Below are positions 24,299-38,000 of a stretch of DNA of 64,000 bases, one piece after another. This DNA is from Schmidtea nova (lineage: Eukaryota). Within the stretch, counting starts at the first letter, position 1; every line of letters starts with the position of its first letter. The DNA is taken from contig CM097882.1 in the NCBI GenBank assembly GCA_044892505.1, positions 578,150,001 to 578,214,000 on the forward strand. The letters run 5' to 3'. Under the pieces are notes generated by a model. The model was given only the letters and a program-made list of their open reading frames with translations, was not told the origin of the DNA and made no database searches. The position numbers were made by a program, and so were the translations under genes.

Positions 24299-24376
24299 TA
24301 GCTAAGATAATGATAGACAGTCATTTTAGTTCTTTATCATTAAAAAATATGTCTACTTTTAGATCTATCAGACTTT

Positions 24377-25229
24377 TGTTGATGCTCGTCTAAATGGTTC
24401 AACACGAAACAGATGTGAGCGAAGATTGGGGTCTAATCAATAAAAAGGCTGAATAATGTAAAATTTACGATTGATAAATACAAAAATTTAATTAAAAATA
24501 AAGAAAAAATAAAAATTGGAAAATGATATGTACGGACGGCAAGTGGAGATACGAGTACGAATATGATAAATAAGTATAGATGGAGAGTCCATAGAAAAAA
24601 AGATTTTCAATAAATACAAATTAATTAAAATTAATTAATGAATAATTTATTAGTTATGTAGAAAACCCGAGTCAATGGGAAACCCGAGTACGTGGGAAAC
24701 TCGAACTAATGGAAAACCCGAACAAAAGAAAAACCCGACATAAAATCAAATTATCGGAGTCACAGGCCGACATTATTGAGTTATAAGAGACAACAATCAT
24801 CTCAATTCTGTGAAAATCCAATTTTAAAAATGAATAATCATATTATATCCATATGCTAGAAATTAAATTCATATGTTGACGCAATAAAATTATTATAAAA
24901 GAAATAACAAAACGACAGTAGATCGCCTGTTTAGTCGAAGCAAAAAATATTCGGGAGTACGACACATTGAGTAAGTGAGAAAGATGTGATTATCAGAAAT
25001 CTAATATTAGCAAATCAAAAGCGTATCAGAAAGAGAAATCTACTCTTGGCAAGTTTTCACCTATTGCAGGAATAAGGAAGACTGTGAAATGTTTTAAAGA
25101 AATTTGAAATTGAATTGATTTAAAGTTTGTAAAATTCAATAAAATTTATTGTGTTGAGTTTTGGTGATTTGTAGTTGTAGGAGCACGAGGAGTCAGAAAA
25201 GTAACCAGCTCAAAATATATAACCCAACA
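24377..25229 (+). mobile_element. Solo LTR, 853 bp
   Basis: TGTTG...CCCAACA termini, perfect TSD CTTT, AATAAA and GAGCACGAGGAGTCAGA near the 3' end. Confidence 0.85.
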
Positions 25230-25689
25230 CTTTTTCAAATAGCATCTTTAATAAAAACACCGTTCTAGTATGAATAGTAAGATAACCCACCGACTCGTAC
25301 AGTTTTAAGTTAAAGAAAGTTCTATGTATGAGATTATTTTTATATATTTCTGTAGGAAATCATCGTATTTCGATGGGTATTTTCTAAAGCTTTACTAAAG
25401 CTTTACTATGTTATTAAAGAATGTAATTCTGAATTGTGTAAAACAAATTCGATACCAAATATATCTTCTTGGTTTACTTCAAATGTTTTACCATAATTTT
25501 CAACGTTTTCTTCATTTTCCAAACCTGAATTATCAGACCCAGTCGTAAGTAGTATATCAGAATCAAATATAATTTCATCTTGTTCTTTAATTCTGTTCAG
25601 ATTATAAAAAAACTGCAAATTGTACACCGGGGTACTCGAGTATCCACTGTGAGTTCACCTGGAACCACATCGGCGAAAGAAAGGCGAAT

Positions 25690-25830
25690 TCAATGTGAAG
25701 GACCCTACCAAATTTTAAAATTCTTATCACCAAGACAAGTTGAATTACAATTTCCAAACTCAATCAAATCAAGAATTGAATGGCTGAAGAAGATTCAAAG
25801 AAAATGAAGAGGAGGAGAGCGATGTTCAAT
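25690..25830 (+). pseudogene. 3' relic of a Ty3/gypsy element (GPY/F module, PPT, LTR start)
   Basis: EGPYQILKFLSP; purine tract AAGAGGAGGAGAGCGA followed by TGTT at 25821. Confidence 0.5.
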
Positions 25831-26186
25831 AATTAATGTTCGTGTTATATTTAACTTAGTCGAAATAATAAATTGATCAAATCTCAAAATAAATTAGTCT
25901 GATTGCATTTTTAAATGATTACAGTTACTTTGCTATGGTACTTATTGTATTTTAAATGCCTTGAAAAAAGATAAATTGCTTCACATGCTATCCCTAGCTA
26001 AGCCAATGATCATAATGGGTAAACTAAATTCTTTAAAGGCCCAATAGAAATAGAATGACAGTTATCGAATTTTAATAAATCAATTTTGGATTCATTTTTA
26101 AGGACTTCATTAATCTTGCAAAATGGCTATTGAGTTTGACACTTATCTAGAATTTACTGTAATTACAATTTAAATATAAAACTCAC

Positions 26187-26688
26187 CTTTATTAACAGTT
26201 GCTGAACTGCTTCGAATCACAGAAATGACTCTTGGTGCTGGTTTATTCTGAGGGGGAATAGAGGGTTGAACACTATCAACGTTCCAAGGTCTCTGGTTAG
26301 AAACCATTACTGGTTGTGATTGGACAGGTTCAGGATTTGACAACTCCCATTTCTTTGATTTATTCTTTTTCTGAGCAAATAATTGTGCTCCTCTACTATT
26401 ACTTGAATGTAATGCTGCAGCTATATCAAAACAAGTTTGGGGTGTAATTTCATTGTGTTTAGTCTTTGGAAACTTTTGAACTTTTTCCATGAACTCGTGG
26501 ATTGTTTTCGTTTCGTTTGGAGGAGGTGGTGGCGGAGGAGGAGGAGGTACAGATTGTGTTGTAGAATAACCAAGTCTATACATAGGTGACGGTGATTTTT
26601 CTCTCGGTTCCATTACTTGAGGCCAATGCGCTAGATCATACTTTTGAGGTTCAATGGACCGAGCATTTATTGGACTCTTAATTATAAA
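26187..26688 (-). CDS. Synaptopodin/myozenin-like gene, internal exon (poly-Pro tract and second SRGAQLF motif)
   Basis: TTTATAG acceptor, G|GTGAG donor; CFDIAAALHSSNSRGAQLFAQKKNKSKKW. Confidence 0.8.
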
Positions 26689-27334
26689 CTATAAAGTTAA
26701 ATGATTTTAGAAATGGGTAAATTTAACAGGCGTAAGGGGCCTTAGGAAAAATTTAATTAATTTTATTCCTTTCAAATATGAACCTGAGTTATATTTTAAT
26801 TATAAAATACAAAGCAATTTTGCATCAATATAACAATGCACCGTGACTGCCTTCTACAGAAAATATAAAGCCTTCATATCTTTATATTTTAAGAGACTCC
26901 GCAAGCAAAATAAAAGTATTGAGGCACAAAGCTTACCAATCAAAAGGGTGGGAAAACGTAAGCAAGCAAGCTAATATTCTACGTTCAGATTTGTCTTGTC
27001 ATCGTCAGGTAGGTACACTATTATCTTGTTAAAATTTCTACAGACTTACATACGCTACCAAAATGTGACATCTGTAATTTTTTGTTCAACTCATCAATCG
27101 TTTTGCAAAGATGAAACATTTTATATAACAATGGTTTTTTGCAATGGTTTTTGGACCAGTTTCAGTCACTTAATAAATAATCTTGAATTTATTAAGTTAG
27201 TGCGCAGTATTGTTGATTGATTACATATCGTATACAATTTGTAAAACCTCGAATGCTACATAATTGACTGTTGGAATCCAAGGATAATAATTTAAAAAAT
27301 CATACATTTATGAGTGTAAGAAAATAATTCTTAC

Positions 27335-27528
27335 ATCTTCTTTATCTTTCAACGTATACTTTTCAGCTCGTTTTCTCTGCCTTTCAAAAATACCGGCACC
27401 TTTTGAATCTTTGTTATCTGGAGCTGTTAAACTTGTTGCTACTCTTCTTGCCATTTGAACCTTTTCTTCAATTGTTGGATACAGATTTTGAGGATCACTG
27501 TAAAAGGCTGAATCGGCAAATTGTTTTT
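27335..27528 (-). CDS. Synaptopodin/myozenin-like gene, internal exon (first motif)
   Basis: 194-bp exon with AG/GT ends, in frame with both neighbours: YPTIEEKVQMARRVATSLTAPDNKDSKGAGIFERQRKRAEKYTL, resembling the synaptopodin-2 SIALLLTDAPNPNSKG..MF..R..RA.KYTL motif. Confidence 0.85.
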
Positions 27529-27575
27529 CTAATTAGATTAATTTAAGTTTGACTAAAAGACGTTTAAATGAATAC

Positions 27576-27868
27576 TTTTCGGTATGTAGTTGTAAGGTTC
27601 TTCAGAATCCGTAAAATCCTTGATGAGCTTACTAAGAACTATTGGCTGAACGTCAGGAGAAGATGGAATTACTAAATCTTTTGTAACTGGTTTTTCCTCG
27701 ATCTCCTTTTTAATTTCCACTTCAGGAGTGCACGATGGAACTTTTGGCAGTTCTGGTGACTTTTCATTTCGGGTTAGATCAAGATTCATTTTACTCCTTT
27801 TAGTGTCTAAATTATTTGCTTCAGCTTTCGGTACACTAGTCAAGATCTTAGTTGAAACGGATTCAAAT
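27576..27868 (-). CDS. Synaptopodin/myozenin-like gene, most 5' exon identified (upstream exons not located)
   Basis: TTTTCAG acceptor, A|GTATT donor, 47-bp intron to the next exon keeps frame; P/E/K-rich. Confidence 0.7.
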
Positions 27869-29230
27869 CTGAAAATAACTGCAATTAAGAAATGAATAAA
27901 ATTTTTAAATAAATAAAATAAAATTTTTATATATGATTTATACTTGACTCGCAAAATGTTCACATGTCACAACAAAAATAATATTTCAGAGAATAATCTA
28001 ATATTATTTTAAGAAAGTAAATTTTCGATAAGTGTCACAAGGGCTGAATCATTTGTTTTACAACTTTATATAAAAATATGGAGTAACCGTTGCTGAATTT
28101 AAATGAATTAATTTATGAGGGCTTTATTTATCCATATAAATAGATATTGACCGTGAAACATATCGATCATGACAATTTATTGTAAAATAAATAATTATTT
28201 ATTTTTCATAATTTTTTTCATAAAAATAATAAATAAACTTTGAATTATTTTATCTTAACTAAAAAACGGAAATCTGTTTGTCGAAAGCAGAAGAAACTCT
28301 CAAAAGATGAAAGTTTCACGCCCTCCTATCTAAATCTTTTACCCATCGCAATTATTTTCAGTTCACAACGCCATTTCCTTCATGAGCATATGTAACTACT
28401 ATATTTCATACACGTTATTGCACCGCTAGTCAATGAAGTTATCGTCATCATTGCTGGAAATGAGTTTCACGTGAATCATACAGTACAACCGATGTAAAAT
28501 AAAAATTCCAAATGTTGCGCACAGACAAGTATTGAAATAATTACATAATCAATGAATAATTTATGATGATTTGATTTGTTTCGAATGTTTCTTTTTATTT
28601 ACATAAATTAATTTCAGGGTTTTTAGTGAAAGAAAAGGGAATATACAAGGAAACCGATACTGGGCGAAGACAAACAGATAGATATAAATTAAAATTAAAA
28701 TAGTCTCAATTTAATAAATTATTTAATTGGCAAAAATGATAATGTTAAGTTCGTTTTATCTCTAGTGCCGTATTAACTATTTGGCATGTTAGGCATTAAA
28801 ATAAATAAATATTATATATCACGAGGTCGTACTAATTACTTTAAAAAGAATGATAAATATTCATGTGATAAAAGAAACTGGAAAAAGATAATAATTTTTA
28901 GACAATAATTAGGCTGATTGCCGCCCCCTCCCCCAATGGGCAAATTATATTCTTGCGGAATTTTCAATATGATTTCTTAATTTAGTGAAATAAATGTGCT
29001 TTATAACATCTTTGTAAAATCGCAACTTAATTTAATTCAGTTATTTGCATTAAATGGCAAATAAATTTTACCAATTTACCAAGTGACGGTTAAAGTCACA
29101 CATGGTGTTTCTTTGACAATTTTTCCCAGATTTATCTCTTTCAATATACAATTTCTATAAAAATAATTGCAATATAAACAAATATTTTTACGAGCACACA
29201 TTTGATGGCTGTTGAATTTTGTGTTAAAAT

Positions 29231-30301
29231 TGTTGAGGATACCTAAATTAGAAATAATATAATAAATAAACAAAATTACTTGGGGGAAAATCGTCATGGG
29301 GAATGACACGATTGATAGGAGCTTGGGAAAGAAAACGGGAATAAAAAGGAATGAGAAATGAGGAAGGGAAACAAAAGAAAAGAAATCAGACAAGAAAAAT
29401 GAAATAGAGGTCAGCACTAATTAATTAGTGCAAACACGAAGAAATTCTAAAGTTAAGAAAAACAAAAAACAACAACAAGAATTTTATCTCGACAACCGGT
29501 CACAGATAACGTGGGCAAAAATCAAACAAACCGGAGCGGCAAAAAGGAAACAGAGATTATCTTGACGGCTGTAAGAGATAACTCCGTTGCTGAGAAAAAA
29601 AATGAGAAATTATGTTGGAAAAAAAATGGAATAACCAGTGATAATATTAAGTGCCACAAAGTTAAGAGATATAAAAGGAGAATCACAGCAGAAGCGATCA
29701 GAAGTTTAAACAGAAGTGCCAGAGAAATTTGGAGAGAAGTTTTGACAGAATTAGAGAGAGAAGGTTAGAGAGCAGAACATAATAATCAGAAGTTTTGGGA
29801 GAAGATTTAAGAAAATACCGAGGAAATTATTGGAGAAATTGAAAGATTGTGTGTAGCCAGAGAAAATTGAAAGAGAAGATTTAAAAAATAATACGAAGAA
29901 AATACGACGAAATATTAAATCAGAAATAAAGGACGTGACAGAAAATTGAGTGAAACCCGTTATCATCGATTAATAATAGAATAAAACGCAACCAGTAAAT
30001 CCAAGTAAAATCCAGAAGACAACCAGCTGAATTACCAATTGTTGTACCCCTCAGTGGTGAGTGATCGTTCGAGCCAAGATTATACAAAGTGCTATTCTTC
30101 ACCATCGTGTCGTAATAAGCACCGTATAATCAGTTGATGGTCTGTTGATTTTGGTCAATTCGGTGTTAAAGAAAATATTTGTTATATTCAGTAAAATTTT
30201 CCCAGTGTTAATTGTTATTGGGGTCAATTAAAGGCACTCTTTGGAGTCAGATATTTTATTGGTAACTTTTACCATTTCACCAACAACCCCAGAACCCAAC
30301 A
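29231..30301 (+). mobile_element. Solo LTR (same family as the split copy 40973-48493)
   Basis: TGTTGAGGAT...CCCAACA termini, perfect TSD AAAT. Confidence 0.85.
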
Positions 30302-32419
30302 AAATATATTGTTAATAATAATCATCAGGAACCTCTTGTGAAGGGCGCTTAAAAAAATAATATTTTAGTCTATATTTAACATGTAAAAAATACATTAAAA
30401 AACATTTAGGTTATAATGTAATTCATAATGTATTTGATGAATTTGCAAGTTTAAAAGATAGACAAGTAAATATATTGAATAAAAGTTTTGTCTGTTTTTA
30501 TACAATGTTTTGTTCATTGTATGTTACGTTACCGAATAATATTCTTTCAATAAATATATAAACAAAATAAAACGTATTTCAGTTGAAAAAGAATTATTAA
30601 TTTTTTAATGTTTTTATCACAAACTTATCATTGTCAATTGAATTACGTTAAGTCCAAAAACTAATAAAATAATACTCCTAGAAAATGGCCGCCTAAAATG
30701 AGTTTCGCATCGGGTGCTACTAATGCTAGACTTACACCGAAATTAATATTAATAATAATAGAATATTTTTGCTAGAATTTTTATCAAATTTACCGTGTAA
30801 TCAGCAGATCAAGTGTACCGATGGTTGTGTCGATAAAATTGACAGCTTCAGCGTGGCTCATTCCAGCCGTAGATTTGCCATTTAATTTCAATATTTGATC
30901 GCCTGAGTGTAAATTTGCACTTTCTGCTGGACTGTGACGACGAATCTAAATTTATTATTAGCAAATAAAATACAGTTTACTTTTAAAATATCAACATAGT
31001 TATTAATAATTTGGATATTTAGATATTGATATTTAAAACTCATATCTAACCCTTCAGTGCATTATGTATAAAATTTTAAAACATATTATGCATTACATAT
31101 TTTCAATGATTTTTTATATGTTTTTATGTAGCATGTATCTACGCCCATAATTCCCGCGAGCACTGTGTTGATTATGTACTGTGATTGGAATATATATTTG
31201 AAAAAAAAACTTTTGAAAAAAATCGCGATAGAGAAGCCGTGAAATTTGAAACGCGAACTGGCGAGGGATTACTGTATATACCTGACGTACGTAGCTAGCT
31301 ATTTTACATAAATCATTTTTTACCAAAATATAAGGTGAATTGTAATTACAATTTTTTTAAAAATAAAAATTCATACACTAAAAAGTTAAAGATAAAAGAA
31401 ATAAAAAAAATATGACAGTGTCCAAATTATGTGGTGAATAGAAAAATATTTGATCAATTGTCTGAAAAAATGAAAATAAATGAAATTGAAAAAAGATCAA
31501 AGACAAAGAAAATTAAAAGTTTTAATGATGAAAGTTTAGATCAATTGTTTTGATGAATGAAAATAAATTACAAAATCATAGATTAAATAAGATATTGCAT
31601 TTTTCTTTGAATTTCATTGACTGCCTTTTTTGTAACGAACAACTGTTAAAATATCAGCTAAAATAAGAATTAAAATATCAGATTTTATAATGATCAAGTA
31701 AAAATTATTTTAAGAAAAACTAAATAAAATAAAATCTGACTCCAGTTGAGGAATTTTTGTAGTAAAATTTTTTAAAAAGATAAATTGCTCAATTAAGCCT
31801 GATGATAAGAAATAATAAATTTTGTCTTAATTCTTAAAGATTAATTTGCTGTTTAGCACTCTTCGTAGATAATTTTAAATTTCATTTAGTTTTTGACAAT
31901 AGATCAATGTTTTCTGTTTGGCACAAATTTTAAAAACTTTTCAAATAACGTCATTTGGAACTTCGAAAATAGTTTCTTTCTAATTAATAACTTATTACTT
32001 TTACGACAATCTATGCCCATATTAAAAAGAATCATTTAAGACAATGACTTGTCAATTAATTTTTTTGTAAGTTGAAATTTAATTAAAGTTTGAAGTGAAC
32101 GATTAAATGCTAAATCTGGCAACTTTGGATATGGTTCAAACAGAGGCGGGCAATTCTAATATGATTTAAATTAAAATCATAATTGAGTTTTTAATAAGTT
32201 TGTACAGACTTATAAAATGAATTTAGATCAAGAGTGTGTAACCTTTGGCCCGTCATACCATATTTTGCGTCCAGCGTTTTATATAACAAATATAAATCAT
32301 TCCATGTTGATTTTGTGTTTCACCATTTTTCTAATCTTAATGCAACTAAAATTAATTCAATAGTTATTTACGCAATTAAACTCTAACAAATTTTCTCTCT
32401 AGTTACGTAAATAACCATT

Positions 32420-32815
32420 GAATTAATTTTAATTAAATTAATATTAAAAAATGGTGAAACACAACATGATTTATATTACAATTTTTTACTTTAATGAAAT
32501 TAACTAAAACATCAAAACGGAGCCTGTTGACTGATACACAGCTTAAAAATACATTGCGATTGGCTTCGAGTAGCACACCACCGAATACAGCAGACATATT
32601 AAAAAAGCACCAATTCCAAAAATTGAGTTTGTTCAAAATTACCACATGACATTGCATGCAAAGATTATAATATTATATAATTTACATATACAATGTATTT
32701 TTCATTTTCATTATAAAACTAAACTTTTAAATGTTGTTGACATTTTATGCGGCCCGCCTACCTTTAAAAAATTTTCCATATGGACCAGATGCTGCAAAAA
32801 ATTTAAACATCCCTA
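32420..32815 (+). pseudogene. 3' end of a Buster-family hAT element (transposase C-terminus and terminus)
   Basis: LMKLTKTSKRSLLTDTQLKNTLRLASS; subterminal TGCGGCCCGC and CATCCCT end. Confidence 0.6.
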
Positions 32816-33990
32816 ATTTAGGTGAAAAATCAAATGTTGAATTATAGTATGGAAAATGAAAGGAACAAAATTTAAGCCTTTTCAAATAAAATTAATGAAA
32901 GTAATGAATGTATACATTAAGAAACCAATCAGTTTTTATAGTGAAATAAATAATGCATGATTTTGTAACAATGTTTTATTGAAAAGAACTCTAGTCTTAC
33001 AGTTACTACATTATTAACTTTCCTTGCTTTTAATGAAGAAAATTTATCAATAAATCAGCTTCGATTGAAATGGTGCTTAAATTTGTAAATTTTCCTTGGT
33101 CCATACCTAGTGTTTAGATACCAATTTTATGAAAAAATTAAAAAAACTATAGAAAAATATCTAATGAAAAGTCGAAAATCAAAAATTTTAAAAACATTTA
33201 TTAAACAAGTGATTGTTGTTTTTACGCCCCTTGAGATACTGCACCCTAGGAGCAGTATTACTCTGGCCATTGTACCGACACTGGCCTCAAATAGGAAGAA
33301 ATTTATAAAATCTAGGTTATTTAAGTAAACAGTTGTCAAATGCACCATTGATCGATTTACATTTACATTTTTACTTTATATTCTTTTTATGCAAGAATTT
33401 GCTATCAAGTCTAAATAAATAGTCTAAATAAATATTGTCTGGAAATAAGAAAAATTCAAAAAAAACATTTTGGACACCAATCAATTGAAAGTAGAGTTTT
33501 GGAGGAGCTTGAGAGCGAGGCTTGATATTTTTCGACCATTTTTTTCGGGGCTCTAAGCTCGATTTAAAGCTTGACGAGCTTTAAGCATTCGACCATTTTC
33601 TATCGCTCTACATGAAAATGAGAGTTACTTTTGCCGTTACAACTGAAGACGTATGTGTACATAATTTTACCATCAAATTTGTTAAAATATCACAATATTT
33701 CAATTTAATATGTATATTTTAAATTTCTTTTGTGTAGAATTTTGATTTTTATTAAAGATTTTTGTAAAACCAGTTGTTTGGCTGTATTTAACTAAATTAT
33801 TTTGCGTGCCGAATAATACTTTTATTAAAATAGTTATCTTTTGGTTTCACCTTTGATCGTTTTTTATTTAAATCAAAAATTTTCATAATTTGTATGACTA
33901 AAGTTAAAATTGTTTTATGGGATTTTTGGTTCACAATATTTCAGCGCAGCCTTTATCAAATGTCAATTTATTTAAAATAAGTTAATTGGA

Positions 33991-34180
33991 TTATTATTAT
34001 TATCAATAATTCTCATAATGACTATAGATCAAAATTTGTTTTATATACAATAACACAATATTTCGGCACAGCCTTTATCAAGTGTGTATTTGATAAAGGC
34101 TGTGCCGAAATATTGTGTTATTGTTTATAAAACAAATTTTGATCTATAGTCATTATGAGAATTATTGATAATAATAATAA
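33991..34180. repeat. Near-perfect hairpin: 91-bp arms, 8-nt loop
   Basis: One mismatch between arms; partial copies of the core at ~33930-33960 and ~34250-34275. Confidence 0.95.
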
Positions 34181-35279
34181 AAAATGATCAAAGGTGAAAA
34201 AAGATAATTATGATAATTGGATTAAGTTAATATAACGATTGAAATACCCACTTGATAAAGCCTGTGCCAAAATATACTTTATTAAAGATTTATGGGTTGC
34301 GAGTAAAGACAAACAAAATATCTGAATTTTATGATATTTGAATGTCAGTCAGAATTTATCCGACAATTCTTTGTCTTTAATAGACATTAAACTTCCAGCT
34401 AATGAAAGATCTGTGATGGATCTAGTTTGCAGAAACAGTTTCATTGGATGATAAAGTATTGGTAAATGTCAATTTATAAAACTGTCTCACTAAAATAAAT
34501 CTTGAACTTGTCAGAATTTTTGGTAATTGCGATGCCGAAATAATGAATGAACTCTTTTTTAAGCACGATATTGCTGCCTGTCCTTGACCATGTGTCGAAT
34601 TTGAGTGTCACAAAAAAGAGAATATTATGGCTCGAGAAAATACAGATGAATATTTAAGAGAAGAAACGGAAATAAATTATGAAAAACTTTATTAAAATAT
34701 ATCAACACCGACACCGGATTAGCGACAGTTCTCATGATTCTACTATTTTCGTCGTTGAAGAAACTGGCGATAAAATACAATGTTGTTTAGAAGCTCGAAT
34801 TAACTAACCTGTTCGATTTGATTGATATAAGAAATTAATTCTGAGAAAGCTTTTTCAGTAGCTAATAATTTCTGTACCAAGATTCGTTTAAAATTATCAG
34901 ACAAGCCATTGCACTCCCTCGTTTTTTTGAAATATTATTTTATTAATAAGAATGTTTAAATAAATTTCACAAGAATTATCTTTTGTAGTTTGGTTGTTTT
35001 AACGTTCTAAATGAAAAATGCGTGAAAACACTGAATATTGGATTGCAATATGTATTTAATTTGAATTTGAATGTATTATTAAGTATGTTAATGAATTATT
35101 GATGCTTCAAAAAGAGTTAATCAAAATTATTGTAATTTATCGTGCAATTTAAATACCTTTTTGTTAACTCAATTTTTTTCTTTAAATTGTATAGTGGCGA
35201 TGTACTTTAAACAAGAAAGCTCAAAAAAAATCAATAAGAAAATTTTAAATTATGCTGTTTTCTTTATTTTTTTTAAAAT

Positions 35280-35512
35280 AAATAGACATAAATATACATA
35301 AATAATATACATAAATAATATACATAAATAATATAAATAATAAATAATATAATATACATAATAAATAATATACATAAATAATATACATAAATAAATAAAT
35401 AATATACATAAATAATATATATAATAAATAATATACATAATAAATAATATACATAATAAATAATATACATAAATAATATACATAAATATACATAAAATAA
35501 ATATACATACAT
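35280..35512. repeat. AT-rich minisatellite (ATAAATAATATACAT-like units)
   Basis: Variable 11-15 bp units. Confidence 0.9.
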
Positions 35513-35707
35513 TTTTAAATCTTATTTCTACAAAATTTCTTAATTATAAAAAAAGCTCCAGTTCAGAAATTGAATCAAATTTATCTTAAACAAATTATTA
35601 ATCGAGTCTTTAAAAAAAGCTTTAGCGATCCAAATCAAAAAGTATATTTTATAAAAATTTATTTTATTAGAAGTGAGTCTAAATCGTATATTTACAAAAA
35701 GGAAAGA

Positions 35708-36511
35708 TTATTGAAACCAAATGTCATTGAGAATCTCGTTTAATTCAATTCTTTGATCCGGATCAACAACAATACATTTCTTGATAAATTCTTTTACGTG
35801 TTTTGAACATTTTGTAAATGATATTTTTCGAATGTAATCATCATTTTCTTTAAGGAAAGCCTTTTTCTGTTCGAGACAACTGTAAGTAAGGGCACCCAAC
35901 ATGAATACAATATTTTTCTGTATATCGTAATCTTCTTCATAATTGAATACTTCTGGACTGTAATACCCAGCAGTTCCAACGTGCCAATCACTTGTAGGAT
36001 TTTTTGTCTCAGCATCATAAAGTGCGTCTTCATAATCAAGAATCTTTACTTTAAATGTTGATTTATTCACCATGATATTTCTAGGTTTGATATCCGTGTG
36101 ATAAATGCCTTTTTCTGTTAACTTTTTAATGGCTATTATTATATTTTGAACGATTTTCTTAATAGTTTTTTCAGGTCGTTTTTTCCTCATTATGTATTTA
36201 TGTAATTCAATCCATTTACCTGTCAAATGTTCCATAACAATTGCAAATTCTTCTTCATCTTGAAAAAAAGTAAGAATTTCAGGACAAATTTCATTATCAT
36301 TAATTAATTGATTAAAATGCATTTCAAGTGGAATAGGAAATGGATAATCTGGATTTGTAATGAATAAGTCATCCTTAGATTTGTAATAGCTTTTTATAAC
36401 TACAGTTTTTTTTCTAGTGTTGTCGTGCGAATAGTTTTCTGCGACATATATTGTACTTTTCTTTGATGAAAGGAGAGTTTCGATGTATTTGTAATAATCA
36501 TTTATAATCAT
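35708..36511 (-). CDS. Intronless atypical PIM/PASK-like Ser/Thr kinase, paralog 1 (267 aa; HTD, DYE)
   Basis: VVIK, IPLE, FAIVME, HTDIKPRN, ILDYED, GTAGYYSPE, DPDQR subdomains; no GxGxxG. Confidence 0.92.
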   Translation of the reverse strand: MIINDYYKYIETLLSSKKSTIYVAENYSHDNTRKKTVVIKSYYKSKDDLFITNPDYPFPIPLEMHFNQLINDNEICPEILTFFQDEEEFAIVMEHLTGKWIELHKYIMRKKRPEKTIKKIVQNIIIAIKKLTEKGIYHTDIKPRNIMVNKSTFKVKILDYEDALYDAETKNPTSDWHVGTAGYYSPEVFNYEEDYDIQKNIVFMLGALTYSCLEQKKAFLKENDDYIRKISFTKCSKHVKEFIKKCIVVDPDQRIELNEILNDIWFQ

Positions 36512-37784
36512 CTTTAATATTTGCTTTAAAAGTTTCTTTATTTAATATAGAAGTACATTTTATCTATTTTTTATTTTAATTGCATACTATTGGTTAATAT
36601 AATTAATAAATAAATTATAATTAATAAATTACAAAAATAAATAAATTATTATTATTAAAATAAAAAAAAATATTTTTCATTAACTAATGAATTCATTTTT
36701 CATTGTAATTTACTTTGGGAAAATATTTTTGTTATATAACAATTTTTATGACAAAATAAAATTTTTAAAAATATTAAAAATTATTATTGTAATATACTCA
36801 CTTTAGATATCGTCAAGACTCCATTATTATCCGCGTAGAGTCTAAATCCCCAAGGAGGTCCTTTGGTCAATAAGAATCGTTTTTCGACACTGGGCATTTT
36901 TCGCTTATTCGGATGTTGAGGTGAGAAAAAAATTTACAGAAATTTCCGTAAATAAAAATCACAAATCAATTTTTTGAAAATTTTAACGTAAACTGAATAT
37001 ATATAATTGTCAGATTTTCGAAATTCGAAATGAACCAAAATTGACGTGATTTTCTTTTTTTATTTGTTTATATTGTTGATTCTGTATATTATATCGGAAG
37101 GACATAAATTCAGCATGTCGTTTGCACTGTTCTGTGTTTCCAATTAAAAAAATTTATAGAATCGATAATTCAGCACATCGCCATTGGATCTGATAGTGTG
37201 TTTCTGTGTGTATTTCCCAGAGAAGCGGAACTGATCCGTAGACGAAATACGGTCCATATGATCGACTGATGCCGAATATATAAAGTGCAACATATGCAAA
37301 CACACATTCACGCATACAGACACAAAGAGAGTTAGCAGCAGAATCTCAGAAAAACTAACATGGCAATTCTAATTCTATTTTTGATCCACAGATATAACGA
37401 ATTCAGATAATTTCTGCTTTTTCTTTGAGATGCAATTTTACTGATGGAAAATATTTCAAGGGAAAATTGTCGTTTAGTGACATAATGGAATTTGTTTTAG
37501 TTTTTTTGCGAAAATTACTGTTAAAATTCTTTTTTTTAATTTTTTAAAATTTTTTAATTAAATTTATTTAAATTTTTTGATTCTTTTCTTAAAATTATTT
37601 ATTGAATTTATTCTATTAATTTATTATCAAATTTTTTATCGGTAAAATTAAGTATTACTATGTTGATATTTTATTTTTAATTGTATAGAAACTAATTAAA
37701 ATTAATTTACTATTAAAATAATCAAAATTCGATTTAAATTGATGCCGACTTAGAATGGAATTCAGGAAAATATTTTAATTATTT

Positions 37785-38000
37785 TTAATTATTTTTAATT
37801 ATTATTAATAATAATTAATAATTAATAATTATAATAATAATTAATAATAATTAATAATTATTAATAATAATTAATAATAATAATAATAATAATTAATTAT
37901 TATTAATTATTATTAATTTTAATTATTATTATTTTAATATTTTAAATATTTTAAATTTTAAATATTTTAAATTTAAATTTTAAATTAAATATTTTAAAAT
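37785..38000. repeat. AAT/ATT simple-repeat tract with internal inversion
   Basis: (AAT)n-rich half followed by an (ATT)n/TTTTAAAT-rich half. Confidence 0.8.

Noticed and set aside
31140-31290. Cluster of CCAAT, TTTGAA, CGCG and TGACGT motifs resembling a cell-cycle promoter
   Set aside because: No downstream gene identified; short motifs are not supportable alone.
35245-35512. Y/I/L-rich ORFs
   Set aside because: Translations of an AT minisatellite.
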